Origin: Acidobacteriota bacterium | Lineage (GTDB): Bacteria > Acidobacteriota > UBA6911 > RPQK01 > JAJDTT01 | Length of the DNA: 64,000 bases | Assembly: GCA_965263035.1 (NCBI GenBank) | Contig: OZ253580.1 | Span: 2,304,001 to 2,368,000 of the forward strand | Direction of reading: 5' to 3' | Shown: piece by piece, positions 1 to 8,123 of the stretch | Position numbering within the stretch: the stretch's first letter is position 1 | Layout of the letters: each line of letters begins with the position of its first letter | The notes under the pieces: generated by a model | Seen by the model: only the letters and a program-made list of their open reading frames with translations | Databases searched by the model: none | What the model was told of the DNA's origin: nothing | Position numbers and translations under genes: made by a program

Positions 1-632
1 ACTTCGTCGGGCGCAGGCGGCAGACCGATCAGGTCGAAGTAGGCGCGGCGAATCAGCGTGGGACGATCGGCCTCCTGTGCCGGACGAAACTGCTTCTCGT
101 GCAGCGTGGCGAGGACGAAACGATCAATGGGCGAGTCCCGCCACGCGGCCTCATCCGGACCTGCCGCGGACACCTGAGGCGGATCGACAGGACGCAGCGG
201 GCGGAAGGCCCAGTGGCGGCGTCCTGATTCGAGATCCATCTTCGCCGTGTCAATGGCCTTCGCATCTCTCGGATCGGGCGCGCCGAGGGCCACCCATTTG
301 ACGAAGTCAGCGATGACCTGGTCGGGCAGTTTGCCGCCCGGCGGCATCTGCAGGTTGGGGTCGGTGTAGTTGAGAGCGTCGATCAGCATCGACTGATCGG
401 GTCGCCCCGGCACGACGACGGAGCCCCGCGCCCCGCCCCGCTCGACACCCTCCCGCGTGTCCAGCTGCAGCTTCCCCATCAGCATTCCCGTGCCGGCGGC
501 CTCTGCCGAGTGACACTGATAGCAGCGCTCCGCCAGCACCGGACGGATCTTCTTCTCGAAGAAGTCGATACGGTTTTGACCGGGTTCCTCGGGGGCTCCG
601 AGCAGACTGAGGGCGATTACGAATAGGATCAC
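1..632 (-). CDS. PSD1/planctomycete cytochrome c domain protein (DUF1549/DUF1553 type); N-terminal part, runs off the window
   Basis: Manual translation from GTG at 632 gives a signal-like segment, then IDFFEKKIRPVLAERCYQCHSAE (CxxCH), typical of this family. Not in the ORF track because the stop lies outside the window. Confidence 0.8.
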   Translation of the reverse strand, partial: MILFVIALSLLGAPEEPGQNRIDFFEKKIRPVLAERCYQCHSAEAAGTGMLMGKLQLDTREGVERGGARGSVVVPGRPDQSMLIDALNYTDPNLQMPPGGKLPDQVIADFVKWVALGAPDPRDAKAIDTAKMDLESGRRHWAFRPLRPVDPPQVSAAGPDEAAWRDSPIDRFVLATLHEKQFRPAQEADRPTLIRRAYFDLIGLPPAPDE

Positions 633-716
633 GCGACTACCTTGGGCTTGTACTCGAAATCCTATTCGGATTGTAGAAGGAAATCCACCGAGCGAACGGA
701 CGTGTGCCTTGGTCCC

Positions 717-1589
717 TCAGTAGGTCCCAATCCCCAGCACATCCTTCTCCCAGGGTGTCAGTCGTTTGATCTGTTCGGGAGAAAGAGCGCGAACCTCCGT
801 GTACTCGGGGATGGTCTCCTCGAGACCCAGCAGCTTTCGCATTTCCGGGAGGAGACGATCTTGCACGCTCTGCGGGATGACGCGGGCGTTGTCGATCATC
901 CCTTTGACCCACCAGCGATGAAAAAAGGCCAAGATGGAATGCCGGTCGTGGTTGCTACGGTTGATGCCGCTGGCGTGCCAAAGCGCCGCATCCCAGACGA
1001 TGGCCGTACCCGCGGGAACAGTCGCTTGGTGGGATCCCGGGTAGTCCGCATCCGGGTCGGGGATCCGGCAAGATTTGTGAGTGCCGGGCCAAACCAGCGT
1101 AGCGCCGTTTTCGGCTTTGAAATCCACAACCGCCCAGGCGACATTGATTGCCATCGGGTAGTGCCTGCCGTCCTCGAAGGGCACGATGCTGAACGGAGAC
1201 CGGTCGGCGTGAATCTGAAACCCGCGCCCGGGTTCCCTGCCCTCGCTGGGTCGAATCGAACGCGCCGTCGTATCGTACAGAACCATATCCTCACCCAAGT
1301 AGTCACGGCACACGGAGAGGACCGCCGGGTTCAGGTAGAACGTTTCGAAGCAAGGGTGCTTGCCCACGATACAGTGGGCGGACCAGCAGTGCTCAGACGA
1401 AGTTCCCAGCCGCAGAGCGATTTCGCTCTCCCGTTGGTAGATATCTTCGGCCGCCTGAATGGCTGGAGCAAAATACTCGGCGTCGAGAGCGTCCGGGATG
1501 ATCGTGTAACCGTGCTCCTCAAGTTCTCCAACGTGGAACTCTCGTTCCGACGGCGTTAGTTCTCTACCGCTCGAGAAGCTGCTCTTCAT
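717..1589 (-). CDS. Phytanoyl-CoA dioxygenase family (PhyH-like) Fe(II)/2OG oxygenase
   Basis: HxD motif (IHAD), NGAT..PGTH and LWHASG.N motifs. Confidence 0.85.
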   Translation of the reverse strand: MKSSFSSGRELTPSEREFHVGELEEHGYTIIPDALDAEYFAPAIQAAEDIYQRESEIALRLGTSSEHCWSAHCIVGKHPCFETFYLNPAVLSVCRDYLGEDMVLYDTTARSIRPSEGREPGRGFQIHADRSPFSIVPFEDGRHYPMAINVAWAVVDFKAENGATLVWPGTHKSCRIPDPDADYPGSHQATVPAGTAIVWDAALWHASGINRSNHDRHSILAFFHRWWVKGMIDNARVIPQSVQDRLLPEMRKLLGLEETIPEYTEVRALSPEQIKRLTPWEKDVLGIGTY

Positions 1590-1687
1590 AAATCATGCCC
1601 CACAAACCGTTCTGGAAATGCCACTGCTTGGCAGCGTCTGCGTTAGTTAACCAGCCTACTACACGATTTCCTTCTCGAAAACACGCA

Positions 1688-1710
1688 GAGATGGTGACTG
1701 TCCCCTTCTC
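1688..1710. repeat. 23-bp imperfect palindrome, cassette-boundary motif copy A
   Basis: GAGATGGTGACTGTCCCCTTCTC; one of five co-oriented copies. Confidence 0.85.
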
Positions 1711-1777
1711 GCGCGCGCGGGTGACCCGCCAGATCCGCGCTCACGTCCGGTGACGTCCGCCAGCGCCGGCGGCCGCT

Positions 1778-2653
1778 TTATGGACCGGCCCGCCGCGATC
1801 GCGGGAGTGCCAGCGCCACGCCGCCAAGAATCAGCACGGAGGAGAGCACGAGCCGAAACGTGACGGACTCTCCCATGATGAGCACGCCGCCCGCCGCGGC
1901 GATCACGGGTACGGACAGCTGCACTGTGGCCGCGAAGGTCGCGGTGAGGCCGCCCAGCACCGTGTACCAGATCGCATAGCCGGCCCCCGACGCCAGCGCG
2001 CCGGAGGTGACGGCGAGCAGCGCGCCGGCAGGCGTGATCTCGAAGTCTCCCACGCTCAGCAGGCTGACTACCGCGACCATCGGCACGCTGCGAACGAAGT
2101 TATCGCGGGTTTCTCCCAGCGGGTCCGTAGCACCGCGGCCGTGAAGCGAGTACAGCCCCCAGGCGATCCCGGCCACCGCCATGAGCACGCTGCCCGTGGG
2201 AGACGGCGCCGTCACGCCCGGCAGCACCAGGTACGTCATGCCGCCGAGTGCGGAGGCCAAGCCGATCCACTGCAGCAGACGAGGGCGCTCACCGGAGACC
2301 AGGCCCGCGACGAGCATCGTGGCCTGCACCGCGGCAAAGAGGATCAGCGCGCCCGTGCCGGTCGTGAGCGTGTTGTACGCGAAGGAGAACGGGACCGCGT
2401 AAAGGAACAGGAGCGCCGCGGAGAACCAGCCCGCCCTGCGCGGCGTGCGCGCTCCCCGCCGCACGGCGTTGATGGCCGCGAGGGCCAGCGCCCCCGACAG
2501 CAGACGAATCGCGGAGAAGCTGGCCGCGTCGATCTCCCCGCCCCCGAGCGCCGCGCGGCACAGGACCGAGTTGGCGGCGAAGGCGACCATCGCCGCCGTC
2601 GTCAGGAGGCTGACGTACCTGACCCGCGCCACGGCGTCAGACGTGGCCACCAT
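1778..2653 (-). CDS. DMT/EamA family transporter
   Basis: About 10 hydrophobic helices with two EamA-like repeats; the true start may be slightly downstream. Confidence 0.85.
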   Translation of the reverse strand: MVATSDAVARVRYVSLLTTAAMVAFAANSVLCRAALGGGEIDAASFSAIRLLSGALALAAINAVRRGARTPRRAGWFSAALLFLYAVPFSFAYNTLTTGTGALILFAAVQATMLVAGLVSGERPRLLQWIGLASALGGMTYLVLPGVTAPSPTGSVLMAVAGIAWGLYSLHGRGATDPLGETRDNFVRSVPMVAVVSLLSVGDFEITPAGALLAVTSGALASGAGYAIWYTVLGGLTATFAATVQLSVPVIAAAGGVLIMGESVTFRLVLSSVLILGGVALALPRSRRAGP

Positions 2654-3126
2654 CGATCCACGTGCAGTAAATAGGTTTCGTATGATCCTCCGAATCTTTG
2701 ACGAAGTGTCGGCTCCTCATAGAACAGCACATTCAGGTGGAACGCCACCAGCATCACCCCTGCGTACGCGAACAGGCGGGCCTGGCCGAAGAGCAACGCC
2801 TGCCCTGAAATGATGATCAGCACGGAGACGTACATTGGGTTTCGCACGAACCGATAGAGGCCGGACGCCACCAGCACTTCGGTCTGCGCCACCGGTGCCG
2901 GTGTGCCACGCCCCTCAAGAACGAAGCGGGCGAAGCAGTCCAGCAGGCAGGCCAGGCCCGCCGCGACCGCCGCGACACCCACTACCCGCTCGCCCGGTAG
3001 CCCGAGCAGAGGTGGCTGCATCGTCCAACCGACCAGTGCGAACGGGCCGACGCCGGCAACGACAGCGGGAGCGACCCAGAAGAAGACGAACGACCCCACG
3101 ATCGCACGCGTACGTGTGCCCTTCAC
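2602..3126 (-). CDS. Isoprenylcysteine carboxyl/phospholipid methyltransferase family membrane protein
   Basis: GRGTPAP, LVASGLYRFVRNPMY and EEPTLRQRFG.SY motifs. Confidence 0.85.
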   Translation of the reverse strand: MKGTRTRAIVGSFVFFWVAPAVVAGVGPFALVGWTMQPPLLGLPGERVVGVAAVAAGLACLLDCFARFVLEGRGTPAPVAQTEVLVASGLYRFVRNPMYVSVLIIISGQALLFGQARLFAYAGVMLVAFHLNVLFYEEPTLRQRFGGSYETYLLHVDRWWPRLTPWRGSGTSAS

Positions 3127-3322
3127 AAACCCGTCATGAAACCCTGGGAGTCTGGCAGGTGATGTCCAGGCGGCTTCGCGCCTGTTGTCGTGCGCCGCCT
3201 GTGAGACTTCGCATGCAGTCTCGTCCCCCGTTCAGCATACCGGCACTCGCGCCAATTCTTAATTCTTTATAGCTTGATGGTAGTGCTATCAAGGAGAAGC
3301 CGTTCCCTCGGAGGAAGGGAAT

Positions 3323-3345
3323 GAGGTGGTGACTGTCCCCATTTC
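3323..3345. repeat. 23-bp imperfect palindrome, copy B
   Basis: GAGGTGGTGACTGTCCCCATTTC. Confidence 0.85.
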
Positions 3346-3431
3346 GTCCGCGGTCCGTTCTCAGATCTCCCACCGCCATCTCATTTGACCCGCAATCTCG
3401 AAGAGTGTATGGCTATTCATTGGCTTCAGAT

Positions 3432-4415
3432 ATGAGACACATCGTTGTTCTGCTGGTTTCTGCCCTGGCTTTTTTCGGTATCGGGACGGCTTGGTGCGAG
3501 GGGGCCGGGTCCGGGAAGCCTGATCCGGACGGCATCGGGCGCTTCTTCCTGGTCTCGTCGGAAGGGCTCTACATCGTCGAATCCGATGGCCGCTGTTCCT
3601 GGTCATTCACCGTCCCTCCACTCGACGGACAATCTCCCGGCGAGTTCGACGACCTGATCTACGACGGCTGGGCTCTCACCAACGGAAATATTCTCTACGG
3701 GACGCATCGCTATGTGCGAGAAATAAATCGCCAAAAGCAGACGGTGTGGGAGTACCGTGTCGAAGGAAAGAACAAGGTCAAGACCTGCCTGCCCTTGCCC
3801 AACGGCCGGGTAGCGGTGCTCAACAGCCAGGAGCAGGCCATTCTTGAATTGGAATCGGGGACCGGACAGGTCCTGCACCGGATCCCCGTTCCCGCTGAAG
3901 GAACACTCCATACCCGCTACAACCTCTTGCGTCGAACTCCGGAGGGAAACTACCTGGTCGCGCTGCGTGCCGAGGAGAGATTCGTGGAAGTGGATTCCGC
4001 CGGCAGGATCCTCCGCTCCCTGCCGGTCCCGAGTCTGCCTGCCCTGGCCCTGACGCTGAGCGACGGCACCACCCTCTGCAGCGGCCGCTTCGGCCTGATC
4101 AGGTTTGATGCGAACGAAAAAGTGACGTGGAGCTTCACCCCTGAGGATGCGGCGCCCCACTTCCCACTGTTGATCGCAGTCGGGATAGTGGAGCTGTCCG
4201 ACGGCCGATTGCTGGTGGTGAACTCCGACTGGCATTACCAGAAACCGGGTGAGAATCGTGTGCAGCTCTTCATCACGGATTCCTCGAAGGACGTTTCGTG
4301 GACTCTTCCGGTGACCGCCTTCGACGGCTGGAAGCGGGGAGAGATCGAGCCCAAGACGGGTCTGCTTGAACATCGAGCCGGGGTGGTCCAGCTGCTGGGC
4401 CCTGACATTCCCTGA
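3432..4415 (+). CDS. Secreted beta-propeller-like hypothetical protein
   Basis: Signal peptide MRHIVVLLVSALAFFG; repeated LxNG/LxDG..W blade-like motifs. Confidence 0.65.
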   Translation: MRHIVVLLVSALAFFGIGTAWCEGAGSGKPDPDGIGRFFLVSSEGLYIVESDGRCSWSFTVPPLDGQSPGEFDDLIYDGWALTNGNILYGTHRYVREINRQKQTVWEYRVEGKNKVKTCLPLPNGRVAVLNSQEQAILELESGTGQVLHRIPVPAEGTLHTRYNLLRRTPEGNYLVALRAEERFVEVDSAGRILRSLPVPSLPALALTLSDGTTLCSGRFGLIRFDANEKVTWSFTPEDAAPHFPLLIAVGIVELSDGRLLVVNSDWHYQKPGENRVQLFITDSSKDVSWTLPVTAFDGWKRGEIEPKTGLLEHRAGVVQLLGPDIP

Positions 4416-4454
4416 CCGTATTCACGGGTCTTCGTACCCTGGAACCGACCTCGC

Positions 4455-4477
4455 GAGAACGGGACTGTCCCCTTTTC
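4455..4477. repeat. 23-bp imperfect palindrome, copy C
   Basis: GAGAACGGGACTGTCCCCTTTTC. Confidence 0.8.
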
Positions 4478-4537
4478 GACTGTCCGGATGTAGAGACCTG
4501 CGACTTGTGACTTCTCGTTGAAGTTCAGCTCACTGGA

Positions 4538-5659
4538 TTACCGCGGCTGCAGCTTCACCCGCCAGAGCTCGAGACACTCACCCGACTGGTAGAGAATCAC
4601 GTTGGGCTCGACTTCGAAGATTGTCGGATAGGCCATTCTCCGGGAATAGTCGGCTACCGTGGTGGCAAGCCAGCCCTTTCCGGTGCCATCAGCATTGATT
4701 GCCAGTTGGCATTTCCTTCTCTGATCTTCTTGGCTCCAGTCCGTATTTTTCTCCCCGTGGCGCTGTACCAACTGGCCATAGGCTAGCGCCAAGCGCCCAT
4801 CCTTCAGCCTCAGCAGATAGGGGTCGACCCCAGGGCCCAGGCCCATGTCGGCGGGTGGGCTCCAGGTTCTTCCGCCGTCGCCGCTCCAGCTCGCCACCAT
4901 GGGCGAGTAGTGGCCGGTCCGCATCACGGCCAGCATCCGGCCATCGTCCAGCGGAAGCAACGCCCACTCATTGAATCCCTCCGTATCATCCTCCACCCCG
5001 GCACGCGGAGCGGCTACGGTGGAAAAGTATCGCCAGGTGTCTCCCTGATCGTCGGAGCGCATCAGGAAAGACCTCATCTTGGAGGGAGTCTCCATCTTGC
5101 TTCGAGGGTCGGTTGTCGGCATGTTGTCCTGCTCGAAGCTACCAATCATGCAGGCCAGCAGGGTCCCATCCGGCATCTCTCGAATGCCCCGATGGAAGAA
5201 GATGGCCGAGCTCTTCTGGCCCTTGACTTCCGAGAAGTCATCGTCGGGAACGGATCCTGCCTCCGGCATGATGAGGACCGTTTCCTTCTTCTCTACTGTC
5301 TTCATCCCGTCGCGGGAACGCCACATTCTCCCCACGCAGCGACCCGCCTCCCGACAGGTCACGTTCCAATAGAAGCCTAGGAACAGTCCCTTTCTCCAGA
5401 ACAAGGAGGTCAGCTTCTCGGCGAACAGGTACGAGCCAAACGGGGGATCGGACTCATCCACCGGCCAAAAATACCTGCCCCCATCGTTACTCTTGAGCGC
5501 CCCGTAGACATAGATGGTTCCATCCGGAGCCTGGACCGCCCTGGGATGACGACATCTGGCTGCCGTCACCTGCACATCCAACTCTGCCGCTGCCTGAATC
5601 ATGACCGGGGTCATGGTGATGAATGCCAGCAAATGGAATCCTCTCCGAACCTGCAGCAT
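4538..5659 (-). CDS. Secreted BNR/Asp-box repeat protein (sialidase-like glycoside hydrolase)
   Basis: Asp-boxes SNDGGRYF, SRDGMKT, SDDQGDTW, SGDGGRTW; signal peptide. Confidence 0.8.
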   Translation of the reverse strand: MLQVRRGFHLLAFITMTPVMIQAAAELDVQVTAARCRHPRAVQAPDGTIYVYGALKSNDGGRYFWPVDESDPPFGSYLFAEKLTSLFWRKGLFLGFYWNVTCREAGRCVGRMWRSRDGMKTVEKKETVLIMPEAGSVPDDDFSEVKGQKSSAIFFHRGIREMPDGTLLACMIGSFEQDNMPTTDPRSKMETPSKMRSFLMRSDDQGDTWRYFSTVAAPRAGVEDDTEGFNEWALLPLDDGRMLAVMRTGHYSPMVASWSGDGGRTWSPPADMGLGPGVDPYLLRLKDGRLALAYGQLVQRHGEKNTDWSQEDQRRKCQLAINADGTGKGWLATTVADYSRRMAYPTIFEVEPNVILYQSGECLELWRVKLQPR

Positions 5660-5742
5660 TTCATTTACCTCCTAATCCAGGTTGGGAAGGCGAAGTTTGC
5701 GTCGGCGGCTGTCACAGGCGCATGACTCTGCCGGAAGGTCGA

Positions 5743-5765
5743 GAGAAGGTGACTGTCCCCTTCTC
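5743..5765. repeat. 23-bp imperfect palindrome, copy D
   Basis: GAGAAGGTGACTGTCCCCTTCTC. Confidence 0.85.
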
Positions 5766-5916
5766 ATCTATACGAGAGCAACTCCTGGAGATCCTCGGCC
5801 GTCAGTCTCTCGGCGGAAGCGACCGTCTCGCGCACCTCAGAGAGCCGTGTTTCTCGACCGCCGGATAGTGCCTTGAGGACCGGTAACATCAACATTTGAA
5901 AGTCAGGAACGGGCAT
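5764..5916 (-). pseudogene. mrr: Truncated Mrr restriction protein (start of the Mrr N-terminal domain only, 50 aa)
   Basis: Manual translation MPVPDFQMLMLPVLKALSGGRETRLSEVRETVASAERLTAEDLQELLSYR* matches the typical Mrr N-terminus; GGGAG RBS upstream; stops at palindrome D. Confidence 0.75.
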
Positions 5917-6241
5917 CGGTCGTACTCCCTGCTATCGACCCAATCGTTTGCCGGGGCTGGACACGCTCAACAATCCGGCGGCCAGACTCGATTTCTTCCC
6001 GCCGCAGTTCCCAAGTCTTCTGCAGGTTCATCCAGACCTGCGGAGTCGTCCCAAAGTAGCGCGCCAGGCGCAATGCCGTGTTGGCGGTCACACCCCGCTG
6101 TCCATTCAGGATCGCTGTGATTCGATTCACGGGCACGTCCAGCGCTTTCGACAGCGCATTGGCCGACATGCCAAGCGCGTCTAGTTCGTCCCGCAAGATC
6201 TCTCCCGGATGCACCGGTCGCATCCTATTCTTGAAACTCAT
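5903..6241 (-). CDS. higA: HigA family antitoxin (XRE HTH)
   Basis: MRPVHPGEILRDEL...TALRLARYFGTTPQVWMNLQ; start at ATG 6241 after GAGGAG. Confidence 0.92.
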   Translation of the reverse strand: MSFKNRMRPVHPGEILRDELDALGMSANALSKALDVPVNRITAILNGQRGVTANTALRLARYFGTTPQVWMNLQKTWELRREEIESGRRIVERVQPRQTIGSIAGSTTDARS

Positions 6242-6254
6242 CGCCTCGATCTCC

Positions 6255-6340
6255 TCAGTGATAATCCACGATCTCGACTTCGTAGGGCCCATCAACGCCC
6301 AGCATATTAACGACCACGACCGGAGGATGCTGTACAACGG
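6255..6340 (-). pseudogene. higB: HigB toxin C-terminal remnant
   Basis: DGPYEVEIVDYH* ends 14 nt before higA; a YSI motif lies upstream in another frame; 5' part missing. Confidence 0.7.
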
Positions 6341-6745
6341 CTGCCGCCCCATGGCGGTGGTGGTGAAAGGCTTGAGCAACGATGCGGAGAAAATCGGTCT
6401 AACCGAGCATCGCCTCTGGCTTGCAGCGGTGATGCACCTGCGGCCGGTCGGCCTCGACACGGATCTTTATGACCGAGACAAGACAGACGGGTCAATTCCA
6501 TACGTGAGCGCCCATGTCTTTGGTCCTGGATTCAACGTATCAGTGGAGTACTCGGGGCAGTGCCATGCAACCGCAAGGGGGAAATGTGGCGGGATTACAG
6601 AGTAGGGCATATGCTCCCCGGAGCAGCAGCTGGAACGCTTCGCTGCGGCGCCGCCCAAGTCGTCCTCGCGCCGCTGAACTCCCTCATCTTTAGGTTTCGG
6701 GAGGAGTCCCTGCGAGTGAAGGAAGAAGATTGCCGCCGCCGCTGA
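6327..6745 (+). pseudogene. Degraded hypothetical gene (frameshifted) occupying the place of the higB 5' end
   Basis: Protein-like stretch MLYNGCRPMAVVVKGLSNDAEKIGLTE...VSVEY, then a C-terminal-like piece in another frame; family not identified. Confidence 0.35.
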
Positions 6746-6771
6746 GCCAAGAGAAGGCGAGGATCGGGAAA

Positions 6772-6794
6772 GAGATGGTGACTGTCCCCTTCTG
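6772..6794. repeat. 23-bp imperfect palindrome, copy E (closest to ssrA)
   Basis: GAGATGGTGACTGTCCCCTTCTG; flanking sequence can extend the hairpin to about 6751-6812. Confidence 0.85.
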
Positions 6795-6892
6795 AAGACT
6801 CCGGTCCTTCTCGACTCAAAATAAAAATGTCCGAAAGGAGAGCAAGAGTTGAGAGTATGACCGCCCCAGAGAAAGGGAAGGACGTGAGGGAC

Positions 6893-6928
6893 GCTCGTCG
6901 CTCCGGGGACCTTCCCGGAGAGACGAGT
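6893..6928 (-). terminator. GC-rich hairpin just 3' of tmRNA
   Basis: CTCGTC-G-CTCCGG...CCGGAG-A-GACGAG inverted repeat 15 nt after the CCA; no clear U-tract. Confidence 0.5.
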
Positions 6929-6942
6929 TGTGCTTGGAAGGA

Positions 6943-7298
6943 TGGTGGAGGCGGTGGGAATCGAACCCACGTCCGGAAGCCTTCGGCGGCAGAATCTACA
7001 TGCTTATCCAGTTTCCCGATCCGATCCAACTGGCATGGAAACTGGAAAAGCCGCCAGCCGAACCGTCCCTCATCAGGGTCTCAGTCCCTCGCCGAGGGAG
7101 GGGCAAGGAACTGACAAGCCCGCTGAAATGACGCCCCGAACCTCCCTGCGGGCCTGAAGGCCGGAACGACCGCGTTAATTACGCGGCGAGTGCGAACTCA
7201 TCGTTGGCACTTGATGTTTTTACCACGGTTTTACGAGGTGGTGGCACCTCGACATGCATCTACGACCTCAACTACTCCCGTCGAATCCAGTCGCCCCC
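6943..7298 (-). ncRNA. ssrA: tmRNA (SsrA); tag peptide ANDEFALAA* at 7208-7179
   Basis: 5' GGGGGCGACTGGATTCGAC and 3' GGACGTGGGTTCGATTCCCACCGCCTCCACCA; G3-U acceptor pair; 356 nt; canonical tag ending ALAA. Confidence 0.97.
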
Positions 7299-7320
7299 CT
7301 TTCCTAGTCCTTATCCTATC

Positions 7321-7350
7321 AAGACGGCGGTTAGCCCGGTGCGGTTGCAA
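7321..7350 (-). promoter_or_regulatory. Putative ECF-sigma promoter of ssrA
   Basis: TTGCAAC-N17-CGTCTT ending 22 nt before the mature 5' end; near-identical to the site upstream of the ECF sigma gene. Confidence 0.55.
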
Positions 7351-7490
7351 AAAAGATTGGCGGCCCCGACGCTTTGTGAATCCTACTCGGCTCCTCATAC
7401 GCCGGATTCCGCCGGTGAACGCTCGCCGTAGTTCGGGTCGGGACTCCGAATCGGACGAGCCGCCGGCCTCCAGACTGCTATCATCTTCCT

Positions 7491-8108
7491 GTGCTCAAGA
7501 TCGGACTCACCGGCGGGATCGCCTGCGGCAAGAGCTTTGTCCTGAACGACTTCCGCCAGTTGGGAGTGCAGTGCATCGATGCCGACGAGGTGGCCCACCA
7601 GGTCATCCTTCCCGGCGAGCCGGCCTACCGGGACATCGTGGAACACTTCGGGACCGGGATCCTGGGAGACGATTCCGCCATCGATCGCCGGAAGCTGGGC
7701 GCCGCCGTCTTCGGCGACGAACGGCAGCGGCGGCGGCAGCGCCTGAACCGCATCGTCCACCCCCGAATCCATCAGGAGTTGGACCGCCGGTTGTCCCGTT
7801 TGGCGGAGGAACCAGGCTCGGAGCCGGCCCTGGCCATGGTGGACGCCGCTCTCATGGTGGAGACGGATTCCTACCGGAAATACGACTACATGGTGGTGGT
7901 CTCCTGCCGCCCCGAACAGCAGTTGGAACGCCTTCTGGGGCGGGAAGGGCTGACGAGACGGGAAGCCCAGGCGAGAATCGACTCGCAGATGCCCATCGCG
8001 GAGAAGGTCCGGTTCGCCGATTTCGTCATCGACAACAGCGGGGATCGGGCCCGGACCCGGGCCCGGACCCGGGAGGTGCACCGGCAGCTCCTGAAACTTG
8101 CCCGGTGA
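7491..8108 (+). CDS. coaE: Dephospho-CoA kinase
   Basis: IGLTGGIACGKS P-loop; IDADEVAH; RIDSQMP. Confidence 0.95.
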   Translation: MLKIGLTGGIACGKSFVLNDFRQLGVQCIDADEVAHQVILPGEPAYRDIVEHFGTGILGDDSAIDRRKLGAAVFGDERQRRRQRLNRIVHPRIHQELDRRLSRLAEEPGSEPALAMVDAALMVETDSYRKYDYMVVVSCRPEQQLERLLGREGLTRREAQARIDSQMPIAEKVRFADFVIDNSGDRARTRARTREVHRQLLKLAR

Positions 8109-8123
8109 GGAGCTTCGTCACCG

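Noticed and set aside
1688-6794. 23-bp sites as classical attC, dif/pdif or CRISPR repeats
   Set aside because: No RYYYAAC/GTTRRRY cores, too short for attC, 11-1-11 rather than 11-6-11 geometry, kb-scale spacing, and no intI in the window.
1-6943. Classical integrase-encoded island or prophage at ssrA
   Set aside because: I saw no integrase and no duplicated ssrA 3' end in the window; a distal att site could still lie outside it.
6943-6975. Stand-alone tRNA
   Set aside because: The T-arm and CCA belong to tmRNA; the matching 5' end is at 7298 (356-nt gene) with a tag ORF in between.
7722-8073. Short GC-rich tandem duplications inside coaE (CGGCAGCGG; CGGGCCCGGACC)
   Set aside because: In-frame low-complexity Arg-rich coding with no sign of phase variation.
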